From assembly GCA_964016885.1 (NCBI GenBank), contig OZ024740.1, positions 33,294,001 through 33,358,000 on the forward strand: a stretch of DNA of 64,000 nucleotides, written 5' to 3'. Position 1 is the first letter of the stretch, and each line of letters opens with the position of its first letter. This document shows positions 1 through 12,080 of the stretch, piece by piece. The translations under genes were made by a program, and so were the position numbers. Source of the stretch: Eledone cirrhosa. Lineage: Eukaryota. The notes below the pieces were generated by a model. That model had not been told where the DNA came from, searched no databases, and worked only from the letters and a program-made list of their open reading frames with translations.

Positions 1-3000
1 ATATTTTAGATAGAAAGTGTTTATTTATATATTCTAGATAGAAAGTGTTCATCTATATATTCTAGATAGAAAGTGACCATCTATATATTCTAGATAGAAT
101 GTATTCATCTATATTTTCTAGATAGAAAGTGACCATCTATATATTCTAGATAGAAAGTGTTCATCTATATATTCTAGATAGAAAGTGACTATCTATATAT
201 TCTAGATAGAAAATGACAATCTATATATTTCAGATAGAATGTGACCATCTATATATTTTAAATAGAAAATGACCATCTATATATTCTAGATAGAAAGTGA
301 CCATCTATATATTTTAGATAGAAAGTGACCATCTATATATTTTAGACAGAAAGTGTTCATCTATATATTCTAGATAGAAAGTGTTCATCTATATATTCTA
401 GATAGAAAGTGACCATCTATATATTCCAGATAGAAAGTGTTCATCTATATATTCTAGATAGAAAGTGTTCATCTATATATTCTACATAGAAAGTGTTCAT
501 CTATATATTTTAGATAGAAAGTGTTTATTTATATATTCTAGATAGAAAGTGTTCATCTATATATTCTAGATAGAAAGTGACCATCTATATATTCTAGATA
601 GAATGTATTCATCTATATTTTCTAGATAGAAAGTGACCATCTATATATTCTAGATAGAAAGTGACCATCTATATATTCTAGATAGAAAGTGACCATCTTT
701 ATATTTTAGATAAAAAGTGTTCATCTATATATTCTAGATAGAAAGTGACCATCTATACATTCTAGATAGAAAGTGTTCATCTATATATTCTAGATAGAAA
801 GTGACTATCTATATATTCTAGATAGAAAATGACAATCTATATATTTCAGATAGAATGTGACCATCTATATATTTTAAATAGAAAATGACCATCTATATAT
901 TCTAGATAGAAAGTGACCATCTATATATTTTAGATAGAAAGTGACCATCTATATATTTTAGACAGAAAGTGTTCATCTATATATTCTAGATAGAAAGTGT
1001 TCATCTATATATTCTAGATAGAAAGTGACCATCTATATATTCCAGATAGAAAGTGTTCATCTATATATCCCAGATAGAAAGTGTTCATCTATATATTCTA
1101 TATAGAAAGTGTTCATCTATATATTTTAGATAGAAAGTGTTTATTTATATATTCTAGATAGAAAGTGTTCATCTATATATTCCAGATAGAAAGTGTTCAT
1201 CTATATATTCTAGATAGAAAGTGACCATCTATATATTCTAGATAGAAAGTGTTCATCTATATATTCTAGATAGAAAGTGACTATCTATATATTCTAGATA
1301 GAAAATGACAATCTATATATTTCAGATAGAATGTGACCATCTATATATTTTAAATAGAAAATGACCATCTATATATTCTAGATAGAAAGTGTTCATCTAT
1401 ATATTCTAGATAGAAAGTGACCATCTATATATTCCAGATAGAAAGTGTTCATCTATATATTCTAGATAGAAAGTGTTCATCTATATATTCTACATAGAAA
1501 GTGTTCATCTATATATTTTAGATAGAAAGTGTTTATTTATATATTCTAGACAGAAAGTGTTCATCTATATATTCTAGATAGAAAGTGACCATCTATATAT
1601 TCTAGATAGAAAGTGTTCATCTATATATTCTAGATAGAAAGTGACTATCTATATATTCTAGATAGAAAATGACAATCTATATATTTCAGATAGAATGTGA
1701 CCATCTATATATTTTAAATAGAAAATGACCATCTATATATTCTAGATAGAAAGTGACCATCTATATATTTTAGATAGAAAGTGACCATCTATATATTTTA
1801 GACAGAAAGTGTTCATCTATATTTTCTAGATAGAAAGTGACCATCTATATATTCTAGATAGAAAGTGACCATCTATATATTCTATATAGAAAGTGACCAT
1901 TTATATATTTTAGATAGAAAGTGTTCATCTATATATTCCAGATAGAAAGTGTTCATCTATATAATCTAGATAGAAAGTGTTCATCTATATATTCTAGATA
2001 GAAAGTGACCATGTATATATTCTAGATAGAAAGTAACCATCTATATATTTTAGATTGAAAATGACCATCTATATATATATTCTAGATAGAAAGTGTTCAT
2101 ATATATATTCTAGATAGAAAGTGTTCATATATATATTCTAGATAGAAAGTGTTCATCTATATATTCCAGATAAAAAGTGTTCATCTATATATTCTACATA
2201 GAAAGTGTTCATCTATATATTTTAGATAGAAAGTGTTTATTTATATATTCTAGATAGAAAGTGTTCATCTATATATTTTAGATAGAAAGTGACCATCTAT
2301 ATATTCTATATAGAAAGTGACATCTATATATTTTAGATAGAAAGTGTTCATCTATATATTCTAGATAGAAAATGACCATCTATATATTTTAGATAGAAAG
2401 TGACCATCTATATATTTTAGACAGAAAGTGTTCATCTATATATTCTACATAGAAAGTGTTCATCTATATATTTTAGATAGAAAGTGTTTATTTATATATT
2501 CTAGATAGAAAGTGTTCATCTATATATTCTAGATAGAAAGTGACCATCTATATATTCTAGATAGAATGTATTCATCTATATTTTCTAGATAGAAAGTGAC
2601 CATCTATATATTCTAGATAGAAAATGACCATCTATATATTCTATATAGAAAGTGACCATCTATATATTCTAGATAGAAAGTGAGCATCTATATATTCTAG
2701 ATAGAATGTATTCATCTATATTTTCTAGATAGAAAGTGACCATCTATATATTCTAGATAGAAAGTGTTCATCTATATATTCTAGATAGAAAGTGACTATC
2801 TATATATTCTAGATAGAAAATGACAATCTATATATTTCAGATAGAATGTGACCATCTATATATTTTAAATAGAAAATGACCATCTATATATTCTAGATAG
2901 AAAGTGACCATCTATATATTTTAGATAGAAAGTGACCATCTATATATTTTAGACAGAAAGTGTTCATCTATATATTCTAGATAGAAAGTGTTCATCTATA

Positions 3001-6000
3001 TATTCTAAATAGAAAGTGACCATCTATATATTCCAGATAGAAAGTGTTCATCTATATATTCTAGATAGAAAGTGTTCATCTATATATTCTACATAGAAAG
3101 TGTTCATCTATATACTTTAGATAGAAAGTGTTTATTTATATATTCTAGATAGAAAGTGTTCATCTATATATTCTAGATAGAAAGTGACCATCTATATATT
3201 CTAGATAGAATGTATTCATCTATATTTTCTAGATAGAAAGTGACCATCTATATATTCTAGATAGAAAGTGACCATCTATATATTCTATATGGAAAGTGAC
3301 CATTTATATATTTTAGATAGAAAGTGTTCATCTATATATTCCAGATAGAAAGTGTTTATCTATATAATCTAGATAGAAAGTGTTCATCTATATATTCTAG
3401 ATAGAAAGTGACCATGTATATATTCTAGATAGAAAGTAACCATCTATATATTTTAGATTGAAAATGACCATCTATATATATATTCTAGATAGAAAGTGTT
3501 CATATATATATTCTAGATAGAAAGTGTTCATATATATATTCTAGATAGAAAGTGTTCATCTATATATTCCAGATAAAAAGTGTTCATCTATATATTCTAT
3601 ATAGAAAGTGTTCATCTATATATTTTAGATAGAAAGTGTTTATTTATATATTCTAGATAGAAAGTGTTCATCTATATATTTTAGATAGAAAGTGACCATC
3701 TATATATTCTATATAGAAAGTGACATCTATATATTTTAGAGAGAAAGTGTTCATCTATATATTCTAGAAATGACCATCTATATATTTTAGATAGAAAGTG
3801 ACCATCTATATATTTTAGACAGAAAGTGTTCATCTATATATTCTAGATAGAAAGTGACCATCTATATATTCTAGATAGAAAATGACCATCTATATATTTT
3901 AGATAGAAAGTGTTCATCTATATATTCTAGATAGAAAGTGACCATCTATATATTCTAGATAGAAAGTGTTCATCTATATATTCTAGATAGAAAGTGACTA
4001 TCTATATATTCTAGATAGAAAATGACAATCTATATATTTCAGATAGAATGTGACCATCTATATATTTTAAATAGAAAATGACCATCTATATATTCTAGAT
4101 AGAAAGTGACCATCTATATATTTTAGATAGAAAGTAACCATCTATATATTTTAGACAGAAAGTGTTCATCTATATATTCTAGATAGAAAGTGTTCATCTA
4201 TATATTCTAGATAGAAAGTGACCATCTATATATTCCAGATAGAAAGTGTTCATCTATATATTCTAGATAGAAAGTGTTCCTCTATATATTCTACATAGAA
4301 AGTGTTCATCTATACATTTTAGATAGAAAGTGTTTATTTATATATTCTAGAGAGAAAGTGTTCATCTATATATTCTAGATAGAAAGTGACCATCTATATA
4401 TTCTAGATAGATTGTATTCATCTATATATTCTAGATAGAAAGTGACCATCTATATATTCTAGATAGAAAGTGTTCATCTATATATTCTAGATAGAAAGTG
4501 ACTATCTATATATTCTAGATAGAAAATGACAATCTATATATTTCAGATAGAATGTGACCATCTATATATTTTAAATAGAAAATGACCATCTATATATTCT
4601 AGATAGAAAGTGACCATCTATATATTTTAGATAGAAAGTGACCATCTATATATTTTAGACAGAAAGTGTTCATCTATATTTTCTAGATAGAAAGTGACCA
4701 TCTATATATTCTAGATAGAAAGTGACCATCTATATATTCTATATAGAAAGTGACCATTTATATATTTTAGATAGAAAGTGTTCATCTATATATTCCAGAT
4801 AGAAAGTGTTCATCTATATAATCTAGATAGAAAGTGTTCATCTATATATTCTAGATAGAAAGTGACCATGTATATATTCTAGATAGAAAGTAACCATCTA
4901 TATATTTTAGATTGAAAATGACCATCTATATATATATTCTAGATAGAAAGTGTTCATATATATATTCTAGATAGAAAGTGTTCATATATATATTCTAGAT
5001 AGAAAGTGTTCATCTATATATTCCAGATAAAAAGTGTTCATCTATATATTCTACATAGAAAGTGTTCATCTATATATTTTAGATAGAAAGTGTTTATTTA
5101 TATATTCTAGATAGAAAGTGTTCATCTATATATTTTAGATAGAAAGTGACCATCTATATATTCTATATAGAAAGTGACATCTATATATTTTAGATAGAAA
5201 GTGTTCATCTATATATTCTAGATAGAAAATGACCATCTATATATTTTAGATAGAAAGTGACCATCTATATATTTTAGACAGAAAGTGTTCATCTATATAT
5301 TCTACATAGAAAGTGTTCATCTATATATTTTAGATAGAAAGTGTTTATTTATATATTCTAGATAGAAAGTGTTCATCTATATATTCTAGATAGAAAGTGA
5401 CCATCTATATATTCTAGATAGAATGTATTCATCTATATTTTCTAGATAGAAAGTGACCATCTATATATTCTAGATAGAAAATGACCATCTATATATTCTA
5501 TATAGAAAGTGACCATCTATATATTCTAGATAGAAAGTGAGCATCTATATATTCTAGATAGAATGTATTCATCTATATTTTCTAGATAGAAAGTGACCAT
5601 CTATATATTCTAGATAGAAAGTGTTCATCTATATATTCTAGATAGAAAGTGACTATCTATATATTCTAGATAGAAAATGACAATCTATATATTTCAGATA
5701 GAATGTGACCATCTATATATTTTAAATAGAAAATGACCATCTATATATTCTAGATAGAAAGTGACCATCTATATATTTTAGATAGAAAGTGACCATCTAT
5801 ATATTTTAGACAGAAAGTGTTCATCTATATATTCTAGATAGAAAGTGTTCATCTATATATTCTAAATAGAAAGTGACCATCTATATATTCCAGATAGAAA
5901 GTGTTCATCTATATATTCTAGATAGAAAGTGTTCATCTATATATTCTACATAGAAAGTGTTCATCTATATACTTTAGATAGAAAGTGTTTATTTATATAT

Positions 6001-9000
6001 TCTAGATAGAAAGTGTTCATCTATATATTCTAGATAGAAAGTGACCATCTATATATTCTAGATAGAATGTATTCATCTATATTTTCTAGATAGAAAGTGA
6101 CCATCTATATATTCTAGATAGAAAGTGACCATCTATATATTCTATATGGAAAGTGACCATTTATATATTTTAGATAGAAAGTGTTCATCTATATATTCCA
6201 GATAGAAAGTGTTTATCTATATAATCTAGATAGAAAGTGTTCATCTATATATTCTAGATAGAAAGTGACCATGTATATATTCTAGATAGAAAGTAACCAT
6301 CTATATATTTTAGATTGAAAATGACCATCTATATATATATTCTAGATAGAAAGTGTTCATATATATATTCTAGATAGAAAGTGTTCATATATATATTCTA
6401 GATAGAAAGTGTTCATCTATATATTCCAGATAAAAAGTGTTCATCTATATATTCTATATAGAAAGTGTTCATCTATATATTTTAGATAGAAAGTGTTTAT
6501 TTATATATTCTAGATAGAAAGTGTTCATCTATATATTTTAGATAGAAAGTGACCATCTATATATTCTATATAGAAAGTGACATCTATATATTTTAGAGAG
6601 AAAGTGTTCATCTATATATTCTAGAAATGACCATCTATATATTTTAGATAGAAAGTGACCATCTATATATTTTAGACAGAAAGTGTTCATCTATATATTC
6701 TAGATAGAAAGTGACCATCTATATATTCTAGATAGAAAATGACCATCTATATATTTTAGATAGAAAGTGTTCATCTATATATTCTAGATAGAAAGTGACC
6801 ATCTATATATTCTAGATAGAAAGTGTTCATCTATATATTCTAGATAGAAAGTGACTATCTATATATTCTAGATAGAAAATGACAATCTATATATTTCAGA
6901 TAGAATGTGACCATCTATATATTTTAAATAGAAAATGACCATCTATATATTCTAGATAGAAAGTGACCATCTATATATTTTAGATAGAAAGTAACCATCT
7001 ATATATTTTAGACAGAAAGTGTTCATCTATATATTCTAGATAGAAAGTGTTCATCTATATATTCTAGATAGAAAGTGACCATCTATATATTCCAGATAGA
7101 AAGTGTTCATCTATATATTCTAGATAGAAAGTGTTCCTCTATATATTCTACATAGAAAGTGTTCATCTATACATTTTAGATAGAAAGTGTTTATTTATAT
7201 ATTCTAGAGAGAAAGTGTTCATCTATATATTCTAGATAGAAAGTGACCATCTATATATTCTAGATAGATTGTATTCATCTATATATTCTAGATAGAAAGT
7301 GACCATCTATATATTCTAGATAGAAAGTGTTCATCTATATATTCTAGATAGAAAGTGACTATCTATATATTCTAGATAGAAAATGACAATCTATATATTT
7401 CAGATAGAATGTGACCATCTATATATTTTAAATAGAAAATGACCATCTATATATTCTAGATAGAAAGTGACCATCTATATATTTTAGATAGAAAGTGACC
7501 ATCTATATATTTTAGACAGAAAGTGTTCATCTATATTTTCTAGATAGAAAGTGACCATCTATATATTCTAGATAGAAAGTGACCATCTATATATTCTATA
7601 TAGAAAGTGACCATTTATATATTTTAGATAGAAAGTGTTCATCTATATATTCCAGATAGAAAGTGTTCATCTATATAATCTAGATAGAAAGTGTTCATCT
7701 ATATATTCTAGATAGAAAGTGACCATGTATATATTCTAGATAGAAAGTAACCATCTATATATTTTAGATTGAAAATGACCATCTATATATATATTCTAGA
7801 TAGAAAGTGTTCATATATATATTCTAGATAGAAAGTGTTCATATATATATTCTAGATAGAAAGTGTTCATCTATATATTCCAGATAAAAAGTGTTCATCT
7901 ATATATTCTACATAGAAAGTGTTCATCTATATATTTTAGATAGAAAGTGTTTATTTATATATTCTAGATAGAAAGTGTTCATCTATATATTTTAGATAGA
8001 AAGTGACCATCTATATATTCTATATAGAAAGTGACATCTATATATTTTAGATAGAAAGTGTTCATCTATATATTCTAGATAGAAAATGACCATCTATATA
8101 TTTTAGATAGAAAGTGACCATCTATATATTTTAGACAGAAAGTGTTCATCTATATATTCTACATAGAAAGTGTTCATCTATATATTTTAGATAGAAAGTG
8201 TTTATTTATATATTCTAGATAGAAAGTGTTCATCTATATATTCTAGATAGAAAGTGACCATCTATATATTCTAGATAGAATGTATTCATCTATATTTTCT
8301 AGATAGAAAGTGACCATCTATATATTCTAGATAGAAAATGACCATCTATATATTCTATATAGAAAGTGACCATCTATATATTCTAGATAGAAAGTGAGCA
8401 TCTATATATTCTAGATAGAATGTATTCATCTATATTTTCTAGATAGAAAGTGACCATCTATATATTCTAGATAGAAAGTGTTCATCTATATATTCTAGAT
8501 AGAAAGTGACTATCTATATATTCTAGATAGAAAATGACAATCTATATATTTCAGATAGAATGTGACCATCTATATATTTTAAATAGAAAATGACCATCTA
8601 TATATTCTAGATAGAAAGTGACCATCTATATATTTTAGATAGAAAGTGACCATCTATATATTTTAGACAGAAAGTGTTCATCTATATATTCTAGATAGAA
8701 AGTGTTCATCTATATATTCTAAATAGAAAGTGACCATCTATATATTCCAGATAGAAAGTGTTCATCTATATATTCTAGATAGAAAGTGTTCATCTATATA
8801 TTCTACATAGAAAGTGTTCATCTATATACTTTAGATAGAAAGTGTTTATTTATATATTCTAGATAGAAAGTGTTCATCTATATATTCTAGATAGAAAGTG
8901 ACCATCTATATATTCTAGATAGAATGTATTCATCTATATTTTCTAGATAGAAAGTGACCATCTATATATTCTAGATAGAAAGTGACCATCTATATATTCT

Positions 9001-11681
9001 ATATGGAAAGTGACCATTTATATATTTTAGATAGAAAGTGTTCATCTATATATTCCAGATAGAAAGTGTTTATCTATATAATCTAGATAGAAAGTGTTCA
9101 TCTATATATTCTAGATAGAAAGTGACCATGTATATATTCTAGATAGAAAGTAACCATCTATATATTTTAGATTGAAAATGACCATCTATATATATATTCT
9201 AGATAGAAAGTGTTCATATATATATTCTAGATAGAAAGTGTTCATATATATATTCTAGATAGAAAGTGTTCATCTATATATTCCAGATAAAAAGTGTTCA
9301 TCTATATATTCTATATAGAAAGTGTTCATCTATATATTTTAGATAGAAAGTGTTTATTTATATATTCTAGATAGAAAGTGTTCATCTATATATTTTAGAT
9401 AGAAAGTGACCATCTATATATTCTATATAGAAAGTGACATCTATATATTTTAGATAGAAAGTGTTCATCTATATATTCTAGAAATGACCATCTATATATT
9501 TTAGATAGAAAGTGACCATCTATATATTTTAGACAGAAAGTGTTCATCTATATATTCTAGATAGAAAGTGACCATCTATATATTCTAGATAGAAAATGAC
9601 CATCTATATATTTTAGATAGAAAGTGTTCATCTATATATTCTAGATAGAAAGTGACCATCTATATATTCTAGATAGAAAGTGTTCATCTATATATTCTAG
9701 ATAGAAAGTGACTATCTATATATTCTAGATAGAAAATGACAATCTATATATTTCAGATAGAATGTGACCATCTATATATTTTAAATAGAAAATGACCATC
9801 TATATATTCTAGATAGAAAGTGACCATCTATATATTTTAGATAGAAAGTAACCATCTATATATTTTAGACAGAAAGTGTTCATCTATATATTCTAGATAG
9901 AAAGTGTTCATCTATATATTCTAGATAGAAAGTGACCATCTATATATTCCAGATAGAAAGTGTTCATCTATATATTCTAGATAGAAAGTGTTCCTCTATA
10001 TATTCTACATAGAAAGTGTTCATCTATATATTTTAGATAGAAAGTGTTTATTTATATATTCTAGAGAGAAAGTGTTCATCTATATATTCTAGATAGAAAG
10101 TGACCATCTATATATTCTAGATAGATTGTATTCATCTATATATTCTAGATAGAAAGTGACCATCTTTATATTCTAGATAGAAAGTGTTCATCTATATATT
10201 CTAGATAGAAAGTGACTATCTATATATTCTAGATAGAAAATGACAATCTATATATTTCAGATAGAATGTGACCATCTATATATTTTAAATAGAAAATGAC
10301 CATCTATATATTCTAGATAGAAAGTGACCATCTATATATTTTAGATAGAAAGTAACCATCTATATATTTTAGACAGAAAGTGTTCATCTATATATTCTAG
10401 ATAGAAAGTGTTCATCTATATATTCCAGATAGAAAGTGTTCATCTATATATTCTAGATAGAAAGTGTTCATCTATATATTCTACATAGAAAGTGTTCATC
10501 TATATATTTTAGATAGAAAGTGTTTATTTATATATTCTAGATAGAAAGTGTTCATCTATATATTCTAGATAGAAAGTGACCATCTATATATTCTAGATAG
10601 AATGTATTCATCTATATTTTCTAGATAGAAAATGACCATCTATATATTCTAGATAGAAAATGACCATCTATATATTCTATATAGAAAGTGACCATCTATA
10701 TATTCTAGATAGAAAGTGACCATCTATATATTCTAGATAGAATGTATTCATCTATATTTTCTAGATAGAAAGTGACCATCTATATATTCTAGATAGAAAG
10801 TGTTCATCTATATATTCTAGATAGAATGTGACTATCTATATATTCTAGATAGAAAATGACAATCTATATATTTCAGATAGAATGTGACCATCTATATATT
10901 TTAAATAGAAAATGACCATCTATATATTCTAGATAGAAAGTGACCATCTATATATTTTAGATAGAAAGTGACCATCTATATATTTTAGACAGAAAGTGTT
11001 CATCTATATATTCTAGATAGAAAGTGTTCATCTATATATTCTAGATAGAAAGTGACCATCTATATATTCCAGATAGAAAGTGTTCATCTATATATTCTAG
11101 ATAGAAAGTGTTCATCTATATATTCTACATAGAAAGTGTTCATCTATATACTTTAGATAGAAAGTGTTTATTTATATATTCTAGATAGAAAGTGTTCATC
11201 TATATATTCTAGATAGAAAGTGACCATCTATATATTCTAGATAGAATGTATTCATCTATATTTTCTAGATAGAAAGTGACCATCTATATATTCTAGAATG
11301 AAAGTGACCATCTATATATTCTATATAGAAAGTGACCATTTATATATTTTAGATAGAAAGTGTTCATCTATATATTCCAGGTAGAAAGTGTTTATCTATA
11401 TAATCTAGATAGAAAGTGTTCATCTATATATTCTAGATAGAAAGTGACCATGTATATATTCTAGATAGAAAGTAACCATCTATATATTTTAGATTGAAAA
11501 TGACCATCTATATATATATTCTAGATAGAAAGTGTTCATATATATATTCTAGATAGAAAGTGTTCATATATATATTCTAGATAGAAAGTGTTCATCTATA
11601 TATTCTAGATAGAAAGTGACTATCTATATATTCTAGATAGAAAATGACAATCTATATATTTCAGATAGAATGTGACCATCT
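1..11681. repeat. 28-bp tandem satellite array, segment 1 (open at window start)
   Basis: Continuous head-to-tail monomers TCTAGATAGAAAGTG[TT/AC]CATCTATATAT, 7-8 G+C per 28 bp, with recurrent variant monomers. Confidence 0.99.
1560..10350. repeat. Higher-order repeat: ~3 tandem units of 2,857 bp (102 monomers)
   Basis: The rare GTGAGCATC variant lies at 2684, 5541 and 8398. The 5-bp-deleted monomer CTAGAAATGACC lies at 3764, 6621 and 9478. All are spaced exactly 2,857 bp (102x28+1). Boundaries are approximate. Confidence 0.93.
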
Positions 11682-11702
11682 ATCATCATCATCATCATCA
11701 TC
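11682..11702 (-). repeat. (GAT)7 microsatellite 3' tail of RTE copy 1
   Basis: Seven ATC units on the + strand at the satellite junction. Short tandem-repeat tails are typical of RTE-clade LINEs. Confidence 0.9.
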
Positions 11703-12080
11703 AACGTTTAACGTCCGTGTTCCACGCTTGCATGGGTTTGGACGGGGGTAGTCCCACTTGAGGCAAGAGTGATTGTCTTGCTCGCATAGGACTGTCTGGC
11801 AGGTTTTCTACAGTTGGATGCCCTTCCTAACACCAACCACATTTACAGTGTGGGTCTGGGAGGTTTTTACCGTGTTGCCTACACGGCCACATTACAGCGT
11901 GGACTGTGTGTTTTTTTGTCGTGACACCTACACGATCTCATTTGTTTCGGCCTCGATGGCGCGGCACCAACATAACTTTACATAGAACGGGGTGGTGTGG
12001 ATCGGGTGGGGGTGGGGTTGGTGGGACGGGGTGTATTTTGTTAGAGATGCCTACTGGCTGGAGTAGGTTTTACTATATAT

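Noticed and set aside
1-11681. Coding or telomeric function of the satellite
   Set aside because: TAG stops on both strands in nearly every monomer, no ORFs in the track, and no G-rich telomere-type motif.
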